Shown: positions 18,629-30,095, counted from the stretch's first letter. The stretch: 64,000 bases of DNA from Deltaproteobacteria bacterium (GCA_016713665.1 JADJOR010000002.1:1051035-1115034), one strand, 5' to 3'. Notes: a model not told the origin generated them from the sequence alone. A program made the numbers and translations.

Positions 18629-19579
18629 ATGCCCCACTCCCGCCCCGCGACCCGAGCCCTGATCCGGGTCGAGAAGATCGCCCTGCGCGGACCCGGGGTC
18701 GTGATCCTGACGGGACCCTCGAGCTGCGGCAAAGGCGAGGTCGCGAACGCGCTCTGCGACGTCCTCTCGATCGATCCGACGCGCCACCTCTCGATGGGCG
18801 CGATCCTGCGCTCGACCGTCGCCCGCTCGAAATCCGAGCCCGAGTTCGCCGACCACCTCGACCACAAATACGCCCTCTCGCGGAGCTCGAGCGTCTTCGA
18901 CTGCATCGACACGACGGACGAGCTCGACCAGAAGGTTCGCCGACATCTTCCGGACCTCGAGCGCTATTTCGGGCGGATGCCCTCCCGCTTCATCTCCGAG
19001 GAGCTCTCGGGCAAGCCGCAGGTCTCGCAGATGGAGTGGCTCGAGTTCTGCACCGCCCGCGGCCTGCTCATCCCGAACCGCTGGACCCAGGACCTGATCT
19101 CGGCCGAGATCGAGCGCGTCCTCTCGCTGCCGCCCGACGGCCACGACCAGCCCTTCATCCTCGACGGCTACCCGCGCACCGTCGCCGCCGCCCGCCACCT
19201 GCTGGCGTTCCTGCGCAGCGTCGACGTCCCGGTCGCGAAGGTCCTGCATCTCTCGATCAGCCGCGCCGAGATGCTCGCCCGCGCGGGCAAGCGCGGCCGG
19301 GCCGACGACGACGCCGAGGCGCTGCGCAGCCGCTTCGACTTCTATCTCGAGAACGTCCAGCCCTCCGTCGACTATCTCAAGACCGAGCTCGGCGGCGACG
19401 CCGTCGCCCTGATCGACGCCCACCAGCCGGCCTTCGTCGAGCACGGCGGCGAGCGCGTCTTCCATCTCGAGCGCTCGATCGAGAACGTCGTCTCGACCTC
19501 GCTGCGGGCGCTCGGCGTGCCGCGCGTCATCGTGCGCGACCTGCTCGAGCGGCGGCGCGAGGATCGCGTCCAGGTCTGA
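18629..19579 (+). CDS. Atypical adenylate-kinase/NMP-kinase-family P-loop protein
   Basis: ATG 18629 lies 6 nt after GGAAGGA. P-loop LTGPSSCGKG and adenylate-kinase (AK) hallmark ILDGYPRT. It is about 100 aa longer than canonical Adk. Confidence 0.6.
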   Translation: MPHSRPATRALIRVEKIALRGPGVVILTGPSSCGKGEVANALCDVLSIDPTRHLSMGAILRSTVARSKSEPEFADHLDHKYALSRSSSVFDCIDTTDELDQKVRRHLPDLERYFGRMPSRFISEELSGKPQVSQMEWLEFCTARGLLIPNRWTQDLISAEIERVLSLPPDGHDQPFILDGYPRTVAAARHLLAFLRSVDVPVAKVLHLSISRAEMLARAGKRGRADDDAEALRSRFDFYLENVQPSVDYLKTELGGDAVALIDAHQPAFVEHGGERVFHLERSIENVVSTSLRALGVPRVIVRDLLERRREDRVQV

Positions 19580-19599
19580 GCCGAGCAGGGGCGAGCCGC

Positions 19600-20359
19600 G
19601 TGGCCGAGCTTTCGACTTCGATCCCGCTGCCCGTGCCCGAGACCGACGACCTCGGCCGCTACCTCGAGGACACGATCACGATCGACTGGCAGACGCCGTC
19701 GGTCGCCGATTGCGCGCGGCGTCTGCTCGCGGGCCTGGCCGAGGCGAGCGTCGAGGGCCGCATCGAGCGACTCTTCCACTTCGTGCGCGACGAGATCGCC
19801 CACAGCTTCGATCTCGGGGGACGAGGACGAGGGCGAAAGACAGGGAGTGGACCGCCGCGACCCGGGTCGTGCCACCTCGTCCATGCAGGGCGCGGCCGCC
19901 GGCTTCTCCGATGCCTTCTTCGCGCGCGGATCGCCTGTCGCGCGAGCGAAGTCCTGGCCCTCGGCCACGGCCTCTGCTTCGCGAAGAGCCATCTGCTCGC
20001 CGCGCTGCTGCGCTTCGCCGGTCATCCGGCCGGATTCTGTTATGTGCGCCTCATCGACGACGAGCGGCCGGGGCGCTTCACGCTCCACGGCTTCGTCGGA
20101 GTCTGGGAGCCGACCCGCGCGGCGTGGGTCCTGCTCGATCCGCGCGGGAATCGCGGTGGGGGGGCCGGGTGGGCTTCGAGAGCGGTCTGTCGGCTTCGAT
20201 TCGCGTACTCGCTTCCGCCTATCGCTCGCTCATCCCGCGCGGGGCGAGTCGCTGCTGCCCTTCGTCTACAAACGGCCGGCGAAGCGCATCGTCGACTTCC
20301 TCGAGCGGGTGCCCGACTCGGCGGCGATGCGGCGGAACCTGCCGGACTCGATCGGCTAG
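19600..20359 (+). pseudogene. Transglutaminase-like cysteine protease family gene, frameshifted
   Basis: FHFVRDEIAHSFDLG ... RASEVLALGHGLCFAKSHLLAALLRFAGHPAGFCYVRL ... HGFVGVWEP...LLDPRGN in one frame. The C-terminus GESLLPFVYKRPAKRIVDFLERV is in another frame. The switch is at the G7 run at about 20158-20164. Confidence 0.6.
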
Positions 20360-20384
20360 GGAAGCACGTCCGAGCGCGCTCGCG

Positions 20385-20751
20385 TCAGTCGTCCCGCCTC
20401 GGATCGTCGAATTCCTCGAGCTCGAGATGGAACCGGTGGAGCACGCGGTGGAAGAGCGGGGCCAGGATCAGGCCTGCGACGCCGATGAAGACGATGCCCG
20501 AGAAGAGCGCATAGCCCGCGGCGAAGAGCTTGGCCGCGTTCGAGTGGAGCAGATCGACCGGACCCATGCCGCCGAGGATCATCGCGGCATTGAGGATCGA
20601 GTCGACCCAGGGCAGATCCGCGAGGCAGCGGTAGCCGACTGCACCGATCGCCAGCGCCCCCGGCGACGAAGGCCGCGATGAAGATCTGGCGTACCACGCG
20701 CAGCGCGAACTCGCGCAGCGGCAGCAGGGCGTCGGAGCGGTGCTCGTACAT
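20385..20751 (-). pseudogene. Small two-TM ion-channel-like membrane protein, frameshifted
   Basis: MYEHRSDALLPLREFALRVVRQIFIAAFVAGG continues in the -1 frame as ALAIGAVGYRCLADLPWVDSILNAAMILGGMGPVDLL...LILAPLFHRVLHRF. The switch is at the C5 run 20657-20661. Confidence 0.55.
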
Positions 20752-20759
20752 GCAGGCTC

Positions 20760-21632
20760 CTAGATCCCGATCCGGGAGAACGCTCTCGGACAGCCTTGCG
20801 TGCCGGAGGCCAGGCGGAAGAGGGCCCCGGCCGCGGCCCCTTCGTTCGCGCGATCGTCGCCGCCCGCGCTCGTCACGTAGAGCTCGGCGAGCGCGGATCC
20901 ACCGAAGGCGACGCTCGTGATCTTCTTCGCCGCGAATTCGATCCGGCCGACCTCGCGGCCGTCGGGCGCATAGCGGTAGACGGCCGAGCCGTCCCAGCGC
21001 GCGGACCAGACGTGGCCTTCCCGGTCGACGGCGAGGCCGTCCGGTCGGCCGGGGCCGGAGGCGAGATCGACGAAGAGGCGGCGATTCGAGAGGGTGCCCG
21101 CGTCGGCTTCGTAGTCGAAGACGTCGATCCGGCAGGAGAGCGTGTCCGTGAAGTAGAGGCGGTCGGCCGCCGGCGAGAAGGCGAGGCCATTCGAGATGCC
21201 GATGCCCTCGACCAGCGGGATCACCCCTGCGTCGCGGTCGATCCGGACGAGCCGGCCGACACCGGCCGCATAATGATCCGGATCGTCCGGGACGGTGCCC
21301 GTGAAGACGCGGCCGCGGGGATCGGCGACACAATCGTTGAAATGCATGCCCGCGCTCCCGGGGAATCCGTCGACGAGGACGGTCGCGACGCCGTCCTTCC
21401 ACCGGAGCACGCGCGCGCCTTCGGCGAGCAGCAGCAGGGCCCCGTCGGCCTGGAGCGTGAAGCCCGAGACCTTCGGGCCGCCGTAGATCGTCTCGTCGCG
21501 GCCGGTCGCAGGATCGAAGCGCAGGAGCTCGCCGCGCAGGTAGTCGACCCGGTAGAGCGCCTGCTCGCCGGCGTGCCAGAGCGGGCCTTCGCCGAGCAGG
21601 TCGGGGCGGTCGGCGACGATTTCGGGGGTCAT
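20760..21632 (-). CDS. SMP-30/gluconolactonase/LRE-family protein
   Basis: GEGPLWH, NDCVADPRGRVFTG, SNGLAFSPA, PDGLAVDREGHVW and a six-bladed propeller repeat pattern. Confidence 0.85.
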   Translation of the reverse strand: MTPEIVADRPDLLGEGPLWHAGEQALYRVDYLRGELLRFDPATGRDETIYGGPKVSGFTLQADGALLLLAEGARVLRWKDGVATVLVDGFPGSAGMHFNDCVADPRGRVFTGTVPDDPDHYAAGVGRLVRIDRDAGVIPLVEGIGISNGLAFSPAADRLYFTDTLSCRIDVFDYEADAGTLSNRRLFVDLASGPGRPDGLAVDREGHVWSARWDGSAVYRYAPDGREVGRIEFAAKKITSVAFGGSALAELYVTSAGGDDRANEGAAAGALFRLASGTQGCPRAFSRIGI

Positions 21633-21774
21633 GGGGCTCCGGGAGACGAGGTCGGGCTGGTCGAAAAGCTAGGCCCCGGGCGCCGCGATTTCAGCCCCAC
21701 TCTGCATCGGCGGCTACGCCAACCGAGGATGTTGGCAGAGCCGAAGCGGTCGCGGTTCGTCCCGATCCGGTCCA

Positions 21775-23590
21775 TCACGACCCGGAGCGCGCCCTGCGCC
21801 GAGCTCCGGCCAGGGCCAGCACTCCCGCCGTGAGCATCGCCGCGAAGCTCGGCTCCGGCACGAAGACGAGCCCGCCATCGACCCCGAAATGGATCGGTCC
21901 GCCTCCATAGGGCAGCCCTGCGGTCGCCCGGGGACTGGCCGCCCCCGTCGCCGGATCGACCGAGTAGAGAGCGCCCGAGGCGGCATCGAGCGACCCCATG
22001 CTCAAGAGCGTCCCGTCCTGTGCGAAGGCGGCCCGCTGTACTTGAGCGAGCGCCCGAGAGCTACGTCGTTCGCACCGATGTTCGTCGCCGCTCCGCTCGT
22101 CAGGTCGACCGTGAACAGATGCGAGACGGTCGGATCCGGGTAGGAAGGTCCGCCCAGCGCCCAGCCATTGGCAAACAGCGTCCCGTCGGCGCGGAAACCG
22201 AGGCCGTTCAGCATGAGGCCGAAGTCGCCGGCGCAGCAGTTGCCGCCCGCGAAGCCGATCAGCGAGGCTTGACCCGTCTGCTTGTCGATCGTGAAGAGCC
22301 CGCTGCTCTGGTAAGCGCTCACACCGTCGTTGTAGCCGCCGGTCGCATACAACACGCCCGTCAGTGGATGGATCGCGAGGCCACCCGAAGTGAGATCCAC
22401 GAAGCCGCTCATGGCAGGAAACGAAGTGATCGACCCGTGGCGCGATCGATGACGAACAGTCTGCTCGTCCCCGAGCTCGTGACTTCCGGAGCCGGTCGCG
22501 TAGAGCGTGTCGGCTTCTTCGTCGTAGGCGAGGCCCCGTTGTTGATCTGGATCCCGGGGAGATTCCAGACGAGGGCGTGTCACCGTTCAGGGGTTCACGG
22601 TCCAGAGCCCGCTGAGCTCTCCGACCCCCACCCGTCGCATACAGGTCGGCGGCAGCCGGTGCAGAACGAGAAGGCCAGCGACAGCGCCGTCAGAATCGAG
22701 AGATCGGCCGGAGGTGGGTCATCGAGGCAGTCTGGACGTCGAACGAGGACGAGTCAATCGAATTCGACCCGAGGGCGAGCGCGACCTGAATAGGCCCTCC
22801 CCCTCGGCGATCGGGTAGCCGACCTGCTGGGAGGTAGAGAGGTCGAACTGGTAGAGCGGAGTCTGCGCTCGGGGCTGTGTCGTGGGCGTGGCCCTCCCGT
22901 TCAGATGGATCAGGTCGTCGATGGGATCGAGGATCATCTCGAATCCCCCGAAGAGGAATCGACTACCGGGGACCCACAGCTGCTCGACGGCGCGTCGCGA
23001 TGCGACCGCGCAGAATCGCGAGCCTCGGGTCCGGGGTCGCGGGGGGAGCCGAGAGGTCGGAGCCGAAGAAGTAGAGCCACTCCTCGTCGCAGTCGACGAA
23101 GGGGAACCGCTCGCCCGTGGCATTCGCGCCAAAACCGATGAGGTCGGCCTCGCTCCCGTCGAGGCGACTTAGCACGAATTGATCGGCGACCGCGTCGTAG
23201 TGGCTCCAGTCGCCGCTCCGCCCGATGCGCGCACCGAAGAGATCGGGTTGCGGCCGAACGTCCGGAACCGTCGGGACGCGCCGAACAGAATGTTCGGACG
23301 GGCGTTGCGGGCGGGATGGAGCGCAAGTCGTTCCAGTCGATCCGGGCGGGGCCCGGTACGAGCTGCATTCATTCGACGAACGCGTTGCCCGGCGGAACGA
23401 CGACCTGGTAGCCGCTGACGCACGGCGTGAAGGCGCCGATGAGGCTGGACGTTCGGAAGAAGATCGAGGGCGCCGGCGACACCGTCTGGGCGACGGCAGG
23501 CGCCGACATCGTCAGGAGCGGAGCGATCGCCAGGACGAGCGCGATGCATGCGTCCGGCGAGGCCCGTGGACGCGCAGCTCGGCTCCGCAT
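21775..23590 (-). pseudogene. Large PEP-CTERM-anchored repeat (beta-propeller-like) secreted protein, multiply disrupted
   Basis: Signal peptide at 23590 (ACIALVLAIAPLLTMSAPAVAQ). Recurrent LY.VD..TG / GLA...G.LYATG repeats. C-terminal VFVPEPSFAAMLTAGVLALAGARRR. The reading frame must be changed at least 5 times, and there is one in-frame TGA at 23369-23371. Confidence 0.5.
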
Positions 23591-23686
23591 GGTCCGACTC
23601 CTGGCGCGAGCATGTCCTCGAGAAAGCCGTTCGTAGAGAACGTCCAGGGTCCCCCTCGGAGACAGAGGTCGATCGCACCGCGTGTC

Positions 23687-24367
23687 TCAGCCGGCGCGCC
23701 GTGCTCTCTTCGCCAACGGCGAGCCCCAAGCCAACCAGGACGATCGTGTTCGGCTCGGGGATCGGGAAGAATCCGACGACCGCGTTCTCCCCTGCGCGAT
23801 GACGTCGCCGTCTCCAAAGACGATGTTGCCCAGGGGGGACTCGTGCTCGTCCCGATCTCGATGCGAGAAGCCCAACCCGTAGAATCGGAAGACCAGTCTG
23901 AACTGCGCGTCGAAGCCGTTCACGACGCCGTCGAGTCCTGGGTCGCGATCGCCGTTTCCGGATCGCCCCACCGTCGATACCGCATGGAGGAGGGGAAGGT
24001 AGTTTCCGACTCCGGGGACCGACTGCGGAGGCGGGGAAGTGGTGTTGCCCGTATCGGGGTCTTGATACGGAAAGCTCACGCTGTTGTAGAGCCCCGTGGT
24101 ACACGCGGCGTTGGTGCAGAAAATGGGCCGGACTGATCTCGGCGTACTCGTTGGAGACGGATTCGTCCCAGCCCTGGACGCGCCGATTCCGTAGATGAGA
24201 AGACGGTCCGGGTTGGACATCCGCACGTGAAGACCCGTTCCCCACATGTCGATGTGCAAGGGAAGCCCGCTCTCGGTCCTCAACGTGGCGTTGAACGTCA
24301 CCGCGCTAGCCGGCGTCGAGACGATCATCGCCAGGACCAACGCGGCTACGCGAATTGCTCCATGCAT
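23687..24367 (-). CDS. Small secreted PEP-CTERM protein (sorting signal visible only after two compensating frame changes)
   Basis: ATG 24367 lies 6 nt after GGAGGGA. Signal peptide MHGAIRVAALVLAMIVSTPASA. An alternate frame at about 23700-23790 reads FPIPEPNTIVLVGLGLAV and then returns to ...AKRARRAG*. Confidence 0.55.
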   Translation of the reverse strand: MHGAIRVAALVLAMIVSTPASAVTFNATLRTESGLPLHIDMWGTGLHVRMSNPDRLLIYGIGASRAGTNPSPTSTPRSVRPIFCTNAACTTGLYNSVSFPYQDPDTGNTTSPPPQSVPGVGNYLPLLHAVSTVGRSGNGDRDPGLDGVVNGFDAQFRLVFRFYGLGFSHRDRDEHESPLGNIVFGDGDVIAQGRTRSSDSSRSPSRTRSSWLAWGSPLAKRARRAG

Positions 24368-24657
24368 CGATGTTCCCTCCGGGTAGACCGACATTCGCGA
24401 GTGTCGAGACAGCATCCTGCGCTTGCTTTCGCAAGACGTCAAGCCGCTACGAGATCGGGGAGCCGATGCAGTCGGGCCGTGTAGACACTCACGGGTGGCG
24501 GGCAGTTGGCGGCCGGTTTCGGGAGGGACTCGATCGATCGCATTCGTGAACGTGGAATCTCCGAGACCCCGAGGCCGTCGGGCTGCTCTTTCGATCAGGG
24601 GCATCGAGGCGGGGTCGCCGTCCGCAAGGCCCCGGGTAAGCCCGAGCGTGCGCGCCG

Positions 24658-25047
24658 TCAAAGCAACCTGTGGCGAAGCGGTGAGACCCGGGCGAGCATT
24701 GGGTAGTCGCGATCGCGATGAAGGATCTCGAGGTCGTTGCGGATTGCGCATGCCGCAATCAGGCAATCGATCGAGGAGCGTACCGTCAGGCCGCTGCGCC
24801 TAGCGCCCCGGTAGAGATCGACTGCGGTCGAAACGATTTCCTCGCCGAGGGGGGACTCGACGATCGGAAGAGCGAGCATGGCTTCGCGGGCGCGCCGGAA
24901 GGCCCCTTCATCCCGAAAACCCTGCAGGACCTCCTGGACGACGGGAAGGCAGGTCACGATCTCATCGAAGTCCAGCACTTCGTCGAGATCCAGGGGATTC
25001 TGGATTCGGAAGGTCGCGATCCAGACGGACGTATCGACGAGAATCAC
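24658..25047 (-). CDS. vapC: PIN-domain toxin VapC
   Basis: MILVDTSVWI N-terminal acidic motif and 129 aa PIN layout. There is a 4-nt overlap with the upstream antitoxin ORF. Confidence 0.85.
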   Translation of the reverse strand: MILVDTSVWIATFRIQNPLDLDEVLDFDEIVTCLPVVQEVLQGFRDEGAFRRAREAMLALPIVESPLGEEIVSTAVDLYRGARRSGLTVRSSIDCLIAACAIRNDLEILHRDRDYPMLARVSPLRHRLL

Positions 25048-25262
25048 TTCGTTCCCTTCCTGGGCTCCCGATCGCGACGCATCACGGAAAGTTCGCCTTC
25101 CCAGAGTCCGGATCCTCGGAGTTCGAGAATCCGACGCGCCTTGGCTCGCCGTACGAAATCCGTGAGCGCGAGCATGACCGCGGCCGAGTAGGTCTTCTCT
25201 CCGGAAAGGCGGGTGGCCTCGGCGAGTAGTGTCTCGTCAAGCACAAGATTTGTACGTTTCAT
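25044..25262 (-). CDS. vapB: VapB-family type II antitoxin
   Basis: MKRTNLVLDETLLAEATRLSG...AAVMLALTDFVRR. This is the typical VapB (DUF2191-like) N-terminus, and the gene overlaps vapC. Confidence 0.75.
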   Translation of the reverse strand: MKRTNLVLDETLLAEATRLSGEKTYSAAVMLALTDFVRRAKARRILELRGSGLWEGELSVMRRDREPRKGTK

Positions 25263-25306
25263 GCGCACAGTCTGCCCAAGGCGCCGCACGCCCGCCAACC
25301 CCCGCC

Positions 25307-26776
<1,470 letters not shown>

Positions 26777-26888
26777 CGGCCGAAGGACGCGGGGATGCGT
26801 CGGGCCGTGGTGGGAGGGTGGGGCGCGATGGGGCTTCGCGCGCTCCAGGAAGCGTCAAGAAGATCTCCGATTTCGTCGGTGGGCTCGA

Positions 26889-27902
26889 TCAGGGACACAC
26901 GGCGTCGCCGTCGCAGACGTTCCCGCCGGTCTGGATGCCGCTCTCGACCGTCGCGCCGTTGCCGTTGATCGTATTGCCTTGATAGGCGCCGGCCCCGTTG
27001 AAGGCGAGCCCGGTTCCGGTATTCCCGGTGATCGTGTTGTCGAGGACGCTGCAGCCGCGGGTCGAGTTGCCCAGGCAGATGATCCCGATGCCCGTGTTGC
27101 CCATCACGCTGTTGCCGCTGATGGTGGCCTGGTTGTCGACCAGGATGCCGCTCTGCTGATTGCCGTTCACGGTATTGCGGGAGATGGTCAGCTGGTCGCC
27201 GGAGATGCCGCGGCCGAAGTTCGCGTTGACGGTGCTGTCGAGCACGGTGGTCGCCGTGCCCGCGTCGATGCCGGCGCCGCCATTCGAGTTCGCGACGACC
27301 GACGAGATCCGGCTGCTGCTGCCCATCTCGAACCCGTCTCCGCCGTTCTCGGTCGAGGTGCAGTCCGAGACGTTCGACAGCAATCCGGTGCGGAGTCCGC
27401 TCAGGCGATTGGAATGGAAGCGCACGCCGCGGACGATCGCGCGCGGGCCGAGATCCGCGCCCAGGCTCCCCCCGTTCGAGATCGTGCCGTTCTCGAGGGT
27501 GACGTTCCCGAGGCTGATCGCGCCCGAGACGAGGGAGTTGACGCCGTTGCTCGGGCTGCACGTGACGCCGCCCGCACCCGCGGAGCAGAAGGTGACCCCG
27601 CGGATCGTGAAGCCGTTCAGGTCGATGTGGACACCGCTGGTCGAGATCGAGATGGCGCTCGTGCTCTCGTTGGGCGTGACGAGATTGCTCGTCAGCACGT
27701 AGCTCCCGGGCGCGAAGATCTGGATCGGGTAGCCGGCCGAATCACCGACCGATGCGTCGCCGACCAGCGCGCGCGTGTGGGAGAGCTCGATCCGTCCATC
27801 GCCGGCGTGCGCGGCGTCGGCCAGGGCGAGGACGCTGAGCGCCGCGGCGAGGGCGGCGGGGAAGCTGGTCGTCGATCGGGTCCAAACGGCGCTCTGCTTC
27901 AT
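26889..27902 (-). CDS. Secreted right-handed parallel beta-helix repeat protein
   Basis: Signal peptide (LAAALSVLALADAAHA). Iterated G/N/S-rich approx 22-aa repeats (NTVNGNQQSGILV, NSVMGNTGIGI, NTITGNTGTGLAF). Confidence 0.75.
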   Translation of the reverse strand: MKQSAVWTRSTTSFPAALAAALSVLALADAAHAGDGRIELSHTRALVGDASVGDSAGYPIQIFAPGSYVLTSNLVTPNESTSAISISTSGVHIDLNGFTIRGVTFCSAGAGGVTCSPSNGVNSLVSGAISLGNVTLENGTISNGGSLGADLGPRAIVRGVRFHSNRLSGLRTGLLSNVSDCTSTENGGDGFEMGSSSRISSVVANSNGGAGIDAGTATTVLDSTVNANFGRGISGDQLTISRNTVNGNQQSGILVDNQATISGNSVMGNTGIGIICLGNSTRGCSVLDNTITGNTGTGLAFNGAGAYQGNTINGNGATVESGIQTGGNVCDGDAVCP

Positions 27903-28133
27903 CTTCTTCTCCTGGATTTCGTCGCCCGCCCGCGACGGCGAAAATCCGCTCCGTGGACGCCGCCGACGGCAAGGGCTGCAAACGCTGGGCGCGATCGTGC
28001 CCCGATCTCGAGAATCGCGCGAGTCATCCGGACCGGATCACCTCGAACGCTCGGGGGCGTGCCATGGGGCGGCGGGACGCCCCGCGCAACGGATCAGCGC
28101 GAGCCGGTTCCTGCACGACTCCCGGAGGCGTCG

Positions 28134-28655
28134 TCACGCGCGGGGCCGGCGTCGCCTGGCCGCATGGGTCCGGCGCACGGCGGCCGCGATGGTGCGCGGG
28201 TCGCGAGCGGAGTCGGTGCAGAGATAGGCGGGGTCCGGTCGGATGCCGACGCGGCCGAGATCGAGGCGGTCGGCATCCCAGCAGGCGCGCAGGGCGGGCT
28301 CGCCTTCGACGTGGCCATCGCTATGCAGGCGCATGGCTTCGCAGAGCCACTCGAACTCCCGAGGCGAGAGCTCCGTGAGGATGCGGCGGCGGCGCAGGCC
28401 GACGGCGAAGTCCGCTGCACGCGCGCCGTGGGTCGCGTCGATGCCCTCGTTCTCGCGCTGGCTGTCGTGGAGATAGGCGAACCAGGCGAGCAGGGCCGGC
28501 GCGACGTCGAGCTCGGCCGCGAGTCGGCGGCCGTGGAGCCAGACGCGGCTCCAGTGGGCGATGCCGTGGTGGCCGTGATGACGATCGAGGCGGAACTGGG
28601 GCTCGACGACGCGCAGGGCCTTTCGGACGAGGTCGGAGAGGGGGCGCGGCTTCAT
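28134..28655 (-). CDS. HD-domain-like hypothetical protein
   Basis: Start at MKPRPLSD (28655). His/Asp motifs HHGIAHWSRV, YLHDSQR and LHSDGH suggest a metal-dependent phosphohydrolase fold. The assignment is weak. Confidence 0.45.
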   Translation of the reverse strand: MKPRPLSDLVRKALRVVEPQFRLDRHHGHHGIAHWSRVWLHGRRLAAELDVAPALLAWFAYLHDSQRENEGIDATHGARAADFAVGLRRRRILTELSPREFEWLCEAMRLHSDGHVEGEPALRACWDADRLDLGRVGIRPDPAYLCTDSARDPRTIAAAVRRTHAARRRRPRA

Positions 28656-28776
28656 GGGGAGAGGATCGCGTTCGCGGAGAAGGGGCGCCATGCGGTGGCG
28701 CAGCGCGGACGGCCAGGCGCGCGCAGACGGGCCGGAACCAGGGGCGGCAGAGCGGGCCGAAGCCGCAACGCCCCGC

Positions 28777-29142
28777 CTAATGCAGATCCGCTTCTCCGAA
28801 CAGATCCACCGGCGCGAGCACCGCGAGCTCGACCGAGCGTGCGTCGGGGCGATCGAGGGCGCCGAGCTCCGGGCCATCTCCCGGACGCGCGACGCGTCCG
28901 TCATGCCCGTCGCCCGCTTCCGGCTCGTCGGCGAGCTCGAGCACGAAGGCCGCGACGGCGTGGGGGGAGGCGTCGCCGCGCAGGTGGGCCAGGCGCGCGA
29001 GGGCTTCCTCTTCGGTGTCGAAGCGGAAGACCGAGTGGTGGCCCAGGACGTACCACTCGCCGCGCAGCGGCTCGATCCGGTAGTCGCCTTCGAGCGGGAC
29101 GCAGTCGCCGCCGGGCAGCACGAGGAAGGGACGTCGGTACAT
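28777..29142 (-). CDS. Hypothetical protein
   Basis: ATG 29142 is preceded by a GGGAG SD. 121 aa, MYRRPFLVLPGGDCVPLEGDYRIEPLRGEWYVLGHH...; I recognise no motif. Confidence 0.45.
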   Translation of the reverse strand: MYRRPFLVLPGGDCVPLEGDYRIEPLRGEWYVLGHHSVFRFDTEEEALARLAHLRGDASPHAVAAFVLELADEPEAGDGHDGRVARPGDGPELGALDRPDARSVELAVLAPVDLFGEADLH

Positions 29143-29335
29143 GGAGGCTCCCGGGCCCAGACTAACAGAATTGGATCGGTTCGAGCGCTCGAACGGGCGG
29201 CAGGGAACCCGCAGGCCGGCTGGAGAAGCGCGGCCGATCTCCGCGTACGGGCACGGGAATTCGGGCGCCTCGAAATAACTGGAATCGTCGCGTCGAGGGA
29301 CGACGCGCGTCCCCGTCCGCCCGCGCTCCCGCGCC

Positions 29336-30094
29336 TCAGCCCCGGCCGGGCCGCCGGCGGAGCTCGACGGCGTCGTCGCTCCCGACGATGACGGCGTCGG
29401 CCATGTCGAGGAAGAAGCCGGTGCCGAGGACGCCGGGGAGGGTACAGATCGCCTGCTCGAGGCCGCGGGCGTCGAGGGGCGGACGGAGCTCGGCGTCGAG
29501 GACGAGATTGCCGTTGTCGGTGACGACGGGCTCACCGTTCGCGGCGAGGCGGACCGCGCTCGCGAGGCCGAGGCGCGCGAGCTCGCGCTCGACCAGCGCG
29601 CGGCCGAAGGGGAGGACCTCGATCGGGAGCCGCCCGCGCTCGCCGAGCTGCTTCACGAGCTTCTCCGGTCCGACGAGGATCACGAGCCGCTCCGAGCTCC
29701 GCGCCACGATCTTCTCGCGGACCATCGCCGCGCCGTAGCCCTTGATGACGTCGAGCTTCGGGTCGACCTCGTCGGCGCCGTCGAAGGTCACGTCGAGGCG
29801 CGGGACCTCGTCGAGGCGGGCGAGGGGGATCGAGAGCCGGCGGGCGAGGGCGGCGGTCGCTTCGCTGGTCGGGACGCCGGTGACCCGCAGGCCCTGCGCG
29901 ACGCGGGCGCCCAGCGCTTCGACGAAGGCGGCGGCGGCGCGGCCCGTGCCGAGGCCGAGCTTCATGCCGTCCTGCACGAAGTCGAGGGCGGCCTCGGCGG
30001 CGCTCGGCGCCGAGGCGGTCCGCAGCGTCGCGGAGGTCGCAGACGTCGAAGAGGTCGAAGGGGCCGAGGGCCGTGAGCTCGGGGGGGTGGCCAT
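29336..30094 (-). CDS. rpiA: Ribose-5-phosphate isomerase A
   Basis: LGLGTGRAA, FDGADEVD, IKGYGAAMVREKIV and VTDNGNLVLD are RpiA motifs. The N-terminus has a low-complexity Ser/Thr/Ala extension. Confidence 0.85.
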   Translation of the reverse strand: MATPPSSRPSAPSTSSTSATSATLRTASAPSAAEAALDFVQDGMKLGLGTGRAAAAFVEALGARVAQGLRVTGVPTSEATAALARRLSIPLARLDEVPRLDVTFDGADEVDPKLDVIKGYGAAMVREKIVARSSERLVILVGPEKLVKQLGERGRLPIEVLPFGRALVERELARLGLASAVRLAANGEPVVTDNGNLVLDAELRPPLDARGLEQAICTLPGVLGTGFFLDMADAVIVGSDDAVELRRRPGRG

Positions 30095-30095
30095 G

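Noticed and set aside
28040-28075. Sigma-54 promoter candidates upstream of the beta-helix gene (minus-strand aTGGCACgcccccgagc), and a second one upstream of hsp20 (cGGCACGtcgcAGCAt at about 34345-34360)
   Set aside because: The -24 GG to -12 GC spacing is off by one in both cases, and the -12 TTGC element is poor. This is not sufficient to call.
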